64,000 nucleotides of DNA from a virus (Duplodnaviria > Caudoviricetes), in the IMG/VR virus record IMGVR_UViG_3300034272_002196, positions 1,901 to 65,900 of that record; one strand, given 5' to 3'. The notes beneath the pieces are model-generated. The model saw only the letters and a list, made by a program, of their open reading frames with translations, ran no database searches and was not told the DNA's origin. Shown piece after piece: positions 29,382 through 39,671 of this stretch. The position numbers and the translations under genes were made by a program. Within the stretch, counting starts at the first letter, position 1; every line of letters starts with the position of its first letter.

Positions 29382-32300
29382 TCAGTTAATTATTGTATTT
29401 ACCGCTAAATTTTGTACGTTTAAATGAGCTGCTGTTATTGCGGTTATAATTTCAATATTTTGCACAGTTGCACAACTTATTAAAATCTCATTGGGGTCGC
29501 TGCTAATTTGTTGTAAAGATCCATAGGTTTGACTTGTGCTGTTGGGCACAATGATTATACTACTGATATTTGGTGCCAGACTTTGTTGGATATAAGTGGC
29601 CAGCTCAGTAAAATAAAAAGTTTCTCCAAAATCCCAGTTTCCTACTGCGAAAAAAGAATTTATTAATGCCAGGACCTGACTTCTTATTTCACTGTCTGTC
29701 AGATTAACATTGGAATTTTTGATAACTTTAAAAGTTGCCTGTAGTTCTGGTCTAGCTTTATTTCCAAACAAAGGTTTAAATTTTGCCGAGTTGTAAATTA
29801 TTGCGTCGCTGACTGACTTATAGTTTTCTAAACCACTCAATGAAAGATTTAAAGATTCCCCGGTGGGTTTAGATGGTTCAGAGATTGTACCTGTAGTATC
29901 CAATGCCCAGGCTCTATAGTTAGTTTCATATTCTTTTGTCAAAATATACAAATCTATTAAATTACTTGGGCTAGGGTCAACTCTTCTGCTACCAGGTGCA
30001 TTGTGTCTATATTGAAAATATAAAGTTGGCCGTCCTATCCTAGCTAGATAATCATTGCTTTCGACCAACGAGCGAACACCGTTGACAACATTCAATATGT
30101 AGAATTTTTCATCTGCATATGTATAGAAAATCTGGCCTTCGGGATAGTTATTGATGTTACCGACAATGCTAATTTCATTGGGAAACTCTGAATTAACTGT
30201 GCCAACAGTTACAGGCTCAAAACTTACAAAACTACTATACCCGTAAGTTTTTATAAAAAATACAAATTTATTGTACTGAGTTGAAGATTCTAATTGTAAA
30301 CTTCTAACGTTATTAGAAGAAACTATTCTATAATAAGAGTTGTTGTCAGAAGTATAAAACACTTGTCCTAAAGGATATACATTTATAAAAGGAATAATTT
30401 CATTTGTGTTTTCAAATGTGTCTACAATAGGTTGTACAACTGAATTAAAAATATCCGGATCGTCGGGTACGCCATCATTGTTAATGTCACTGTAAGTTAC
30501 TAAAATTTTGCTGGCATCTACATAACCATCAGATTCTGCAATTTGATTATAGATATAAAATAATACGTTTTCAGTCAGCGGGAACCCTGTGTCAGGATTT
30601 CCATTTACTTTTAATACGTTAATACTGTCATTGACAGTAAATCCAGTGACCGGATCAAATATTTTTACCCTATCATCAAAATAAAATTTAGTTTCGGATA
30701 CACTTTCAAAAATATAACTCAATCCCCTGAGTTGTACAGTATACGTACTGCTACTCAGAGTGAATGCTAACACCCAACTTGAATCTAAGTTTAGTCCATT
30801 TGAAGCACCTTGATATTGCTGACTAAATGCATTTTCAATATCTAGATCTTCGCTGTTAACAATTACCCAGTCTTGACTTTCTTGGCTATATCTAATTCCA
30901 AATTCTGAATAATTGCTGATTAAAGTAATTAATTGCGAGATAAAAGATGTACTAAAACTATTGCTAAATCCTGGAATCGCCACCAAGGCTTGGGCATTGG
31001 ACGGAATGTTCATACTTAAAGCCACTGGACCTTGTCCATTGACTAAGTTTCCCTGATTACCATTACCTATTAATTGTGTAATACTGGCATATATCAATGG
31101 CTGGCCGTTTTGCGGTACTTGACCACTGCTGGGCAAAGGCACAATCTCATTGGCACTGTTAAAATAGTTATTTTGTCCAGGGCTGAATATTATTATACTG
31201 CCTTCAGCCATATATTTGTTATTACCCACTACCCCTGGGCCAATGCCTATTTTATTTGTTTGATTGTCAACAAAGTAACCAGAACTAGACCCTGACCCAA
31301 CTACACTTCTACTCCAAAATAAATTAGACAATGAATATCTATTAAAATATTCATAATAAAAATGTTGCAGTGTTTTGTTACGAACAGCAGGCAGGACCTG
31401 ATTTTGAATTATTCTATTGATGTCGGACGTAGTGTTGAAAGTAAAATTAAAACTGCTGTCTGCATCTTCCTTGTAAACAATGCCGTCTTCTGCAAAGATA
31501 TTCGTGCTACTATATCTACCAGTTACATCAAAAACATCTAAATATCGGCTTATACCGCTACTGGTTCTATTAACCGCTTTAAGTTTACTAATTGTGCTAT
31601 AATTGCTGTAAGGAAAAGTATTGTAGTCTTCTCCTGTGACCATTCTATTTTGTGTATAGTACAATTGCGGAGCTTTAGTCTTTATTTCTGCTAGACTTTC
31701 TCTTGGCAGTGCATTGGCCACTGTGTACTTTAAACTGGCAATGATCGTTAAGTTTTCTAATCTGCCACTTCTACTGATATAAGGTATCACAAATCGAATA
31801 TTAGTCATCTCGTCAGGTGTAATGGTATAACTTAGACCTGCACTTACCCTAAAATAAGTTCTGAATGATCCTTGCGGAATAGCCGCAAAAGTACCGTCGC
31901 CAAAAACTAAGTCAATTTGATCCGAACCCCTAGTGGATACTTGAAAACTTTTCTTTGCTGCGTTGTTATTATAGATAATGTTAACGCCAGTCACTGACGG
32001 TATCTGTTCCCACTGAGTACCTAATCCCCCTAAACTGTTAACTTCATACAACCATGTATCTGTGTTATTGATGTTATCTGTGTTAATACTAACTAAATTA
32101 TTAGGGATACTTTCTGCAAAACTAAAACTTTGATTTTGCAAGGTTCCTTGTTTAAAGTAAAAAAAGAAACCAGTATTATTACTGCTATTGCCTAAATTAT
32201 CATTTTTATAAATGATGTTTAGTGGTTTTCCAGGGGACGGGGAAGACTCATAGATATAATTTTGGCCAACACTGGTACCACTGACAATCTCAAAATTTAG

Positions 32301-32927
32301 TGTAGCATTTTCTACTTGTGTGCTGTATCCAAATACCGGTAAAGTACCGGGTGGTAAATTTACGTTGTATTCGCTGTTAGTAACACCACTTATCAGTTGA
32401 GTATTAGCAGGACGACCAATCTGCTGATTCGATGGCAGTGCTGAGTTTAACACTGTTACGAATTGCTCATACCAATTAATATTACTGCTGTCGTTCCATT
32501 TTACAATTAAATTAGTTAGGTCAATGCCGTTACTATCTTGTAATTGTTCAGACGATTGAACACTTTCAAATTTTAAAAATCCGTTAGCAGTTTGATTTCT
32601 CTTGGGAATATAGCTTATAAGTTTGGCTAATTTTAAAACACTGTCACGACGCTCGGCTGTATCGATAAAGTTTTCCCTTGCGTTTAGGTCAGACCTAAAC
32701 GCCAAACTTTGACCAAGGAATGCAATTAAATCAATTAATGCAATATATTCGCTTGATTCGATGAAGTCGTTAAAACTTTCTGGATAATAGATTCTTAGAT
32801 AGTCGATCATCGACTTTCGTAGTGTCTGAAAATCATATGCTTGAAAGTCTGCGTTCCTGAAACTTTCGTATAGTTTAGTCCAGTCCTGATTGACTAACAG
32901 ACTAGTTTGACGTGTAGTGATGGCCAT
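29382..32927 (-). CDS. gp6: Baseplate wedge subunit, T4 gp6-like (extended)
   Basis: YDFQTLRKSM...ENFIDTAERRDSV...FGDG...QNRMVTGEDY; follows the gp25-like gene. Confidence 0.85.
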   Translation of the reverse strand: MAITTRQTSLLVNQDWTKLYESFRNADFQAYDFQTLRKSMIDYLRIYYPESFNDFIESSEYIALIDLIAFLGQSLAFRSDLNARENFIDTAERRDSVLKLAKLISYIPKRNQTANGFLKFESVQSSEQLQDSNGIDLTNLIVKWNDSSNINWYEQFVTVLNSALPSNQQIGRPANTQLISGVTNSEYNVNLPPGTLPVFGYSTQVENATLNFEIVSGTSVGQNYIYESSPSPGKPLNIIYKNDNLGNSSNNTGFFFYFKQGTLQNQSFSFAESIPNNLVSINTDNINNTDTWLYEVNSLGGLGTQWEQIPSVTGVNIIYNNNAAKKSFQVSTRGSDQIDLVFGDGTFAAIPQGSFRTYFRVSAGLSYTITPDEMTNIRFVIPYISRSGRLENLTIIASLKYTVANALPRESLAEIKTKAPQLYYTQNRMVTGEDYNTFPYSNYSTISKLKAVNRTSSGISRYLDVFDVTGRYSSTNIFAEDGIVYKEDADSSFNFTFNTTSDINRIIQNQVLPAVRNKTLQHFYYEYFNRYSLSNLFWSRSVVGSGSSSGYFVDNQTNKIGIGPGVVGNNKYMAEGSIIIFSPGQNNYFNSANEIVPLPSSGQVPQNGQPLIYASITQLIGNGNQGNLVNGQGPVALSMNIPSNAQALVAIPGFSNSFSTSFISQLITLISNYSEFGIRYSQESQDWVIVNSEDLDIENAFSQQYQGASNGLNLDSSWVLAFTLSSSTYTVQLRGLSYIFESVSETKFYFDDRVKIFDPVTGFTVNDSINVLKVNGNPDTGFPLTENVLFYIYNQIAESDGYVDASKILVTYSDINNDGVPDDPDIFNSVVQPIVDTFENTNEIIPFINVYPLGQVFYTSDNNSYYRIVSSNNVRSLQLESSTQYNKFVFFIKTYGYSSFVSFEPVTVGTVNSEFPNEISIVGNINNYPEGQIFYTYADEKFYILNVVNGVRSLVESNDYLARIGRPTLYFQYRHNAPGSRRVDPSPSNLIDLYILTKEYETNYRAWALDTTGTISEPSKPTGESLNLSLSGLENYKSVSDAIIYNSAKFKPLFGNKARPELQATFKVIKNSNVNLTDSEIRSQVLALINSFFAVGNWDFGETFYFTELATYIQQSLAPNISSIIIVPNSTSQTYGSLQQISSDPNEILISCATVQNIEIITAITAAHLNVQNLAVNTIIN

Positions 32928-32971
32928 AGTGTCCCCGTTTTATGTATTTATTGAGAACTAAATATGGTATT

Positions 32972-33349
32972 TTAAAGAATTGTATTAGATTTTTGACTTT
33001 GCTGGTCAAACTGGATAGCTAATTTATCAACTTGATTAGTTGATATATAGATTATTTCTAATTCAATTTGCAGGCCCCGGTCGAATTGAGTCACTATCAC
33101 ATTTTGTACAGCGATTCTTGGATCATTGGCCACAATTTTTTTGATGTCCTGAATAATTGCATTTTTAGTATCTTCATTTAACGGCTCAAACAGCATGTCC
33201 CAAATGATAGTGCCAAATTCAGGATTCATTAATTTTTCGCCTTTTCTAATAGCAAAATGATTTTGTAAATCCTGCTTTACTAATTCAAAGTCAGTTAATT
33301 TAAATTTTTTGCTACTGCTTAAAGTGCTGAATCCGTTATAAAGTGCCAT
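32972..33349 (-). CDS. gp25: Baseplate wedge subunit, gp25/GPW family
   Basis: KGEKLMNPEFGT.IWDMLFEP...DPRI motif. Confidence 0.9.
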   Translation of the reverse strand: MALYNGFSTLSSSKKFKLTDFELVKQDLQNHFAIRKGEKLMNPEFGTIIWDMLFEPLNEDTKNAIIQDIKKIVANDPRIAVQNVIVTQFDRGLQIELEIIYISTNQVDKLAIQFDQQSQKSNTIL

Positions 33350-33357
33350 GTTAATAT

Positions 33358-35508
33358 TTATCCGGGTTTACTAGCATTGCTTGCGGTAATAACAGGCACT
33401 TGAGTTTGACTATAAATTCCTCTATTATAATAAGAAGCCGCAGATGTACCATTGGCATCTTGAACTACTCCACCTGTTTTATACCAAGTTGCAGCACCAC
33501 CAGCACCTACCAGATGTGCTGCGCTTAACAATCCGGCGGCCTGATCTGCGGTAGTGGTTGCCGAAATTACCCCTTGTCTTTCCAAAGTTGCATAGTTTTG
33601 ACGACTGTAATTATACATGGCAGTTTCTTGAACTGTTTGATTGTTTTTGAAAGCGTCTGAGCTAACCATTCCGTCTTTACCAGTCCAGTTATTGGGATTA
33701 TTTAACGCTTCTGTGGTCTGCGGTGTACCTGCTTTAACGTAGCCCAAATCTTGAAGGGCAGCTGATCCAAGCTGATATTTTCCTTGATACCCAAATTGAT
33801 TCTGTGCTGCATAATCCCCACTGCTTTCAGAGTATCCAGTCTGTGCCATAAAAGCCCGTAATTGATCTTGGTTAAGTATTCCCATTCCAGCTTGAGGTAT
33901 TGGTTGTGATATAAACACTCCTGCAGGAGCCTGCGAAGTCAATGCTTGATTTAAGGCAGATTCTGGTCCCCGGGGAGTAATGCCCACCGGGGGACTTATT
34001 GGGTTTCCGTCTATGTCAAATGCCAAACTGTTAAGAAGTTGTACTTGATTTTCTGCCACAGCTCGTGTATTTCCTCTGATATACGGTTCATGAGTAGGAA
34101 CCTTATAGTTCGTCGATCTGAGGGCATTGGGTTGTACAAACCAGTTGTATCCATCATACTGAGCTTCGTCTAAATTATAGACGCCAATTTTTTGTGGGGG
34201 TGCAACTTCTCCTCCACCCCCTCCACCATTTAAAGCGATTGCAGATCCATTGATACTAATGGGGCCGGAGGCTTTAATAGACATACCGCCTCCTGATATA
34301 ATGCCCATTACTGACTGACTCTTTAACTGTGCTTGCTTTCCGTAGAAATTTAATGCAGTATCTGCATTGGCTTGCACTACTTGGCCCTGTAATTTTACAC
34401 TTGCACCTGCTACCATATTAATATTTTGTCTTGCAAAAAAACTAATGGAATTATCACTGTGCATCATTAAATTGCCGCGTGTTCTAATAGATAAATCTTT
34501 TCCGCTATATATTAGTACATCTCCTGTTTTTGTTAACTCAACCCATGCTGTGCCAGAACTATTACTAATGTAAATTAATCCTTCACTGTCATTCATTAAT
34601 ATTTGATGACCATTGGCAGAACGTAATCTTACTAAGTTATTTTTTCCATATAGATCACCGTCGTCCATGACAAGACTGTGCCCGCCCACTCGAGTAGTAA
34701 CTTTAAAGTCATCAGGATTAAATCTACCTGTGGTCAGTTTTTCATTTAAGTTTGAATCATTGGCAGGATCTTGACGTCCCCATGGTCTGCCCGGAGTACT
34801 AAATCCAAATACACTGCTAATAGGATCTCTTTGAGAGCTACTGGTAATTGCACCCCTAATAGGATCTCCATCCAACCCTTGTCTAATCAATATAACTGTT
34901 TGAGGTATGTGAATTGGTTTTTTAATATTGTTTAAGTTTCCGCCGGCTGAATTGTAGATTGCATCTAAGTTATCCAGTGCTTCTGCCGCAGGATAGCTGT
35001 AATCAACTCTGAGGTATGGTTCCAGTCCTGCTTCGCGAACACTTGCCTCTTCGATGTTTGAATAAGGCACACATCCGATTGCAGGTATCATATTGCGAGT
35101 TAAATTACTGTTAATGCAAGCAAACCAATATCCCTCATTGCTACCAGGAATAAAACAACACAATACTTCACTGCCCACGTCGGGCGGAGTCATAAAAAAT
35201 CCGTAACTTTGAGTGCTTTTTGCAAAAGTATTATCAGCCAAACTTAGAGGTCTGCCCAATTCTCCATAAGCGCCTAGAGTTTTTCCCATGAAAGGGCTGG
35301 CATAAGACACTAGTCGCCAGTCTTCTTGACCATCTGGGTCAGGGCCGCCGAATTGTGGAATATAAACCCATACCCTGCCGCTACGAGTATTTGTATCTAT
35401 TTGTTTAACTACCCCAATATAGATACCTGAATCCATGGGTAATTCAGAATTATTTTGATTAATGTAACTAGGTTGTTTAGTACCTAAATAAGATTTATTA
35501 AATGACAT
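33358..35508 (-). CDS. gp5: Baseplate hub spike, gp5/VgrG-like, with C-terminal lysozyme-like domain
   Basis: N-terminal OB-fold (GRVWVYIP...PPDVGSEVLC), GHSLVMDD/GHQILMND beta repeats, C-terminal ESSGDY..NQFGYQGKYQ muramidase-like motif. Confidence 0.75.
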   Translation of the reverse strand: MSFNKSYLGTKQPSYINQNNSELPMDSGIYIGVVKQIDTNTRSGRVWVYIPQFGGPDPDGQEDWRLVSYASPFMGKTLGAYGELGRPLSLADNTFAKSTQSYGFFMTPPDVGSEVLCCFIPGSNEGYWFACINSNLTRNMIPAIGCVPYSNIEEASVREAGLEPYLRVDYSYPAAEALDNLDAIYNSAGGNLNNIKKPIHIPQTVILIRQGLDGDPIRGAITSSSQRDPISSVFGFSTPGRPWGRQDPANDSNLNEKLTTGRFNPDDFKVTTRVGGHSLVMDDGDLYGKNNLVRLRSANGHQILMNDSEGLIYISNSSGTAWVELTKTGDVLIYSGKDLSIRTRGNLMMHSDNSISFFARQNINMVAGASVKLQGQVVQANADTALNFYGKQAQLKSQSVMGIISGGGMSIKASGPISINGSAIALNGGGGGGEVAPPQKIGVYNLDEAQYDGYNWFVQPNALRSTNYKVPTHEPYIRGNTRAVAENQVQLLNSLAFDIDGNPISPPVGITPRGPESALNQALTSQAPAGVFISQPIPQAGMGILNQDQLRAFMAQTGYSESSGDYAAQNQFGYQGKYQLGSAALQDLGYVKAGTPQTTEALNNPNNWTGKDGMVSSDAFKNNQTVQETAMYNYSRQNYATLERQGVISATTTADQAAGLLSAAHLVGAGGAATWYKTGGVVQDANGTSAASYYNRGIYSQTQVPVITASNASKPG

Positions 35509-35520
35509 AGTGTAATTTAT

Positions 35521-38352
35521 TTAAAAAAAGGCTCCATAATCGATAAAATCTAAATCTTCAAGAGCTGCTAATATTTCTATATTATCCGCAGCCGTCCCAA
35601 TCGCACCAAGCTCGATAGAAGTATCCAAATTAAATTCTAGTCCTAAGCCGTCACTGCCGTCGATTCCCCAAGTTAGGTCTCCAGTGACTGCTCCTGTTGG
35701 GGCTTCTCCGAACGCACCGTATTGAAGTTCTGAGGCCCTAAATGCTTCATAATCTGCTGGTCTGGTGCTAAAAGTAGGAGTATCAAACACAGATTTGACT
35801 GCTTTTATACCGGCATCTATTCCTTGTTGTGTTAATCTACCAACAACTGTTCCAACGACCTGCGTCGCAATACTAGTACCCAATGAAGCCAACGTTGAAG
35901 CTGTGCCCTGCGGATTCTGTATGGCCGCTAACGCTAAGGCTGCGGCACTACCCGGAGTTGCCAATGCAGCCAAATTAATCCGCGGACCCACAAATCTAAC
36001 AGGTATTGAACTACTCGGTTGTAGATTGTTAATTGCAGTTTCTATTCGCTGGCTTGCACTCGGAATAGGATTTCCTGCTTGATCGTATAATAATTTTGCT
36101 AAATTTAAACTTTGTTCAAATTTTCCATTCCTAAAAATGTTGTCCACTTTTACTATTTTATAAACACCACTGAATTCACTGTACCTATATTTGTTGGCTA
36201 CACTGTTAACCGGTGCTATTCCCAGTGATTCGTCATAATCAACAGGACTTTCAAAATTTATAAAAACATAAAGTTCGCCACCGTCCATCCATAAGCTTTG
36301 AAATACATCATTTTGAATAAACTGTTGTTGTATAGTATTCAAGTTCTGTCCAGCAAATACATCATCTTGTTTAATAAAATGCGGATCACCTATTATTCGC
36401 ATGTCGATGTTAATCATGTCTCCCCGGGCGCCAGGAGTAATCGATCTGGCCAAATCACCTGCTTTAGTGGACAGCGGAGTTTCACCACCGGGTCTAATAA
36501 AAGTTGCATTATTGTCAGCCACAACCCCGGTTTGCACAAGAAAAGCATTTTGACCAACAGGTTCCTCGGGATTTAATGCAGGAGACGATTCTTTTGATTC
36601 ACCGTCTATATTTTTCCCCACAGACAATGCCGAAGCAGTTTGTGTAGTCCTGGATTTTGATTGAGCCGCAGTTAATTCTACCAAATATAGTGTATTAAAA
36701 TCCAGCTGAACATCAATGACATCGTTGTTTTTTCCTGTAAAAATATAATCATATTTTTTAACGAACCCCGGCACACGGCCTTTGGGTGCATACGGATATT
36801 TTGCACTAAGTTTGTAAGGTTTAACATAAAATGTTATGGCCAATGCATAACGATTTTGTAATGGGTCAAAAGTTAAGACTCGTATTTTAGGAACTATTTT
36901 ATACCAATTTATCCAAGTTCTTGCGATTCCAGTGGGATCTGCGCCGTTTCTGATTTTAGTAGCAACAGAATCGTCGAATATTTGATCCCCTATATATCTA
37001 CTATTCCTAACGGCCCAGTCTATTAATCTATCTATAGTTGTTCCTGCAGGAATATTAATAGTTGCACCATCAAATACTATTTGACCTTTGTTTCTTGCTG
37101 CCGTATTACTAGCTGCTTGTAGATCATTCTTTTTTGCAGTTGTACTACTTCCACTGGCTGGTGTTGACGCTACATTTGTTGGGGCGGATGTGGGAAAAAG
37201 TTTTCCGTTTTGTGCAATTTCCTGATCAAATATTACCTGTACTGCGCTTACTTGCCCTATTATTCCTTGCTTTTTTTGATCTTGAAACCAAGCATTGATT
37301 GCATCACAGTACCCAGTTATTCCAAAAGTTGCAAATTCATTTTGAATACGCTCTTGTGCTGCTGATAATCTTGTCATCAATGCCTGTGCTTCTTCGTCAG
37401 TGATTGCTGTAGAATTCGCTCGTTGTCTTAGTTCTCTTGCTTCCCTAGACACTGCTTGATATTCTGTATTTTTTTGAATAAAATTCAAATCTATATTGTT
37501 ATCCTCAAAACTTCCGCCAAATATATCTAATACAGTTTTACCTGTTACTGTTGTATTATGGGGAAGAGAAACGTACAATTGATTAAAGGCTTGATGGTTG
37601 AACGGAACTGCATTAATTTGATACTCTGTGCCCCGTTGACTAACTTTACTTTTAACTGACGTTAACCTGACAGGAATAGTTTTTGTCATTCCTTTGATAG
37701 GGCCCGATGTTAATGTATTATCTAAATTTATTTGTTCGCCATTTTTTGTACCAAAAAAATCTATCTGTAGTATATATGGCATGTGTATATAGCTACCAGG
37801 TCTATTACCGTTTATTTCAGCTGCTGTGGCCAACAATCTGTTTACGAGAGTAAATCCTAGAGGTTCTATTAGAGTAAAATCTATTTCTATTAGATTACTG
37901 TTTCTGTTACGAGCAGTAGGGTTTATCACTGTTTTTATTTTTAATTCTTCAAAATAAAAATCTTCTCGCCAATTGGAATTTCTAACAAATGATGCACCAT
38001 AACGGCCTGCACTACTTACCAGCACGTTTTTAGGAGTATATACAGGATTGTCTTGTCCAATCAATGAATTATAATCAGTGGGATCCAACATGTGTAAACT
38101 TATACAATAGGTATAAGATTCATAATCATGCAGAGGGTTGGCAATCGGTTGTTGCACTGATTGTCCTGTAATAAACCCAGTGCTTGGAGTATATCCAATA
38201 TCAGCAAAAGATCTGATATCAGCTGCACTAACAGTTTCTCCCGATGTAACTTCACTGCGTGTCGTTTGTGCAGTAGCAGAAGCAGAACCTGTTACTGCGG
38301 CTACAGCAACAACTGACTGACCATCTGTTCCGGGTATTGAAGCAATAGACAT
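35521..38352 (-). CDS. Putative baseplate hub protein (gp27/gpD-like)
   Basis: Sits between gp53-like and gp5-like genes; IIGDP...SGVYKIVKVDNIFRNGKFEQSL C-terminal hub-type motif. Confidence 0.55.
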   Translation of the reverse strand: MSIASIPGTDGQSVVAVAAVTGSASATAQTTRSEVTSGETVSAADIRSFADIGYTPSTGFITGQSVQQPIANPLHDYESYTYCISLHMLDPTDYNSLIGQDNPVYTPKNVLVSSAGRYGASFVRNSNWREDFYFEELKIKTVINPTARNRNSNLIEIDFTLIEPLGFTLVNRLLATAAEINGNRPGSYIHMPYILQIDFFGTKNGEQINLDNTLTSGPIKGMTKTIPVRLTSVKSKVSQRGTEYQINAVPFNHQAFNQLYVSLPHNTTVTGKTVLDIFGGSFEDNNIDLNFIQKNTEYQAVSREARELRQRANSTAITDEEAQALMTRLSAAQERIQNEFATFGITGYCDAINAWFQDQKKQGIIGQVSAVQVIFDQEIAQNGKLFPTSAPTNVASTPASGSSTTAKKNDLQAASNTAARNKGQIVFDGATINIPAGTTIDRLIDWAVRNSRYIGDQIFDDSVATKIRNGADPTGIARTWINWYKIVPKIRVLTFDPLQNRYALAITFYVKPYKLSAKYPYAPKGRVPGFVKKYDYIFTGKNNDVIDVQLDFNTLYLVELTAAQSKSRTTQTASALSVGKNIDGESKESSPALNPEEPVGQNAFLVQTGVVADNNATFIRPGGETPLSTKAGDLARSITPGARGDMINIDMRIIGDPHFIKQDDVFAGQNLNTIQQQFIQNDVFQSLWMDGGELYVFINFESPVDYDESLGIAPVNSVANKYRYSEFSGVYKIVKVDNIFRNGKFEQSLNLAKLLYDQAGNPIPSASQRIETAINNLQPSSSIPVRFVGPRINLAALATPGSAAALALAAIQNPQGTASTLASLGTSIATQVVGTVVGRLTQQGIDAGIKAVKSVFDTPTFSTRPADYEAFRASELQYGAFGEAPTGAVTGDLTWGIDGSDGLGLEFNLDTSIELGAIGTAADNIEILAALEDLDFIDYGAFF

Positions 38353-38355
38353 ATA

Positions 38356-38655
38356 TTAGCCAATGATACCTATTAGATCAGTTTTTTTAGGCAAATAAAT
38401 TTTGTTGCCCACAGTCATATCAAACAAAGGATCTCTGATAGTATTCGGGTTTCGTAGTGCAAACACCCACCATAAGTTAGTATCACCGTACAAATCGTAG
38501 GCCAATAAATCAGGTCTATATTGATATGTTTTGTTAATAGTGAATACTACATCATCTGCATTTCTGGGAATTCTTGGAAAATTTGCAAAATCTAAAAAAT
38601 TTCCATAAAATGGTGTGGTTGCATAAAGACTAGATTTAGAATAGGGCGTAGCCAT
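38356..38655 (-). CDS. gp53: Baseplate wedge protein, gp53/LysM-like
   Basis: YRPDLLAYDLYGDTNLWWV...N...GNKIYLP motif. Confidence 0.8.
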   Translation of the reverse strand: MATPYSKSSLYATTPFYGNFLDFANFPRIPRNADDVVFTINKTYQYRPDLLAYDLYGDTNLWWVFALRNPNTIRDPLFDMTVGNKIYLPKKTDLIGIIG

Positions 38656-39563
38656 TATAGGAATCCTCCTGTAGTTGATGTGCCATTTCTCACTAATGCA
38701 CCTTTGGCAAACTTGTCAAGAGTAAAATTATTGAATATGTTAGATCTACTGTAAATTGGCTGTAACGTTAGATTTACAGTACTAGATGTAGGCAATCTAA
38801 CTGGGCCGCCTAACATATCATTGGTTGGTAATTGAACACCTGATGTGCTTAATGGTGCTCCCACTGGCACTTGAACATAGTCAACCTCTGCTGGCATTGT
38901 GTGAGTGAATTGTGTTACTACACAGGGCACATGCGGAAGGTATGTGGGTCCGTATCCGTCCAAGAAAACAATGGGAGGAGGACTACCTGCATTAGTGTCT
39001 GCACCAAAAAACATTTTAGTCACTGATCGAAAAAACTGAATTACAGCCATTAAATACTGGCCTTCAACCACGTTTTGTACAGTAAATTCTCCAGCAATGC
39101 TTATGCTTGGTACTTCACTGCCGTCATAAAAATAACTATTATAATTACTGTGTGTTAAACTTTGTGGAGTATATCTGGCGCTGTGAGTTATTGTTATAGC
39201 AGGAGTATAAGGAAAAATTACACCCGACGTGCCCAAAACACTGTTTAACGGGGTCATAATAGGATTAGCAGGGTTATCATAAAACAAACTGGCTGCATAT
39301 TTGGCCATGCTCACTCTGACACGCCAGTCGTATTCAGGTCTAATTGCTTGTCCGTCCACCCCCATGAATGTTACATTGTTAAATATAGTACCAGCAAGGT
39401 CCGATAAAAGGCCGTTGGCCCCAGGAGTAAGGCCGGCACCCGCAAGTCTAAGTCCACTGGCATCTGCAGGATTTAACGCACCGCCGGTGTTTTGCCCAGC
39501 AGATAACGAATTTGTCACTGAACCGCCTGATTGGAAACCTGTAGTATTATACGACGCTGGCAT
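38655..39563 (-). CDS. Baseplate tail-tube initiator-like protein (gp48/gp54-like)
   Basis: FPYTPAI...PPPIVFLDGYG...VPCVV motifs; first gene of the late baseplate operon, ATAAATA at 39581-39587. Confidence 0.55.
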   Translation of the reverse strand: MPASYNTTGFQSGGSVTNSLSAGQNTGGALNPADASGLRLAGAGLTPGANGLLSDLAGTIFNNVTFMGVDGQAIRPEYDWRVRVSMAKYAASLFYDNPANPIMTPLNSVLGTSGVIFPYTPAITITHSARYTPQSLTHSNYNSYFYDGSEVPSISIAGEFTVQNVVEGQYLMAVIQFFRSVTKMFFGADTNAGSPPPIVFLDGYGPTYLPHVPCVVTQFTHTMPAEVDYVQVPVGAPLSTSGVQLPTNDMLGGPVRLPTSSTVNLTLQPIYSRSNIFNNFTLDKFAKGALVRNGTSTTGGFL

Positions 39564-39618
39564 TTTTTACCTATTTTAGATATTTATCGATTTAAATAAC
39601 TGGTATTTTTATGATAGG

Positions 39619-39648
39619 TTGACACATCGATTTAAAACATGTTAGTAT
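39619..39648 (+). promoter_or_regulatory. Sigma70-type promoter of the late sigma factor gene
   Basis: TTGACA 39619-39624; extended TG-n-TAGTAT 39640-39648. Confidence 0.7.
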
Positions 39649-39671
39649 ACGTTAACCCCAAGGAGTAAAAA

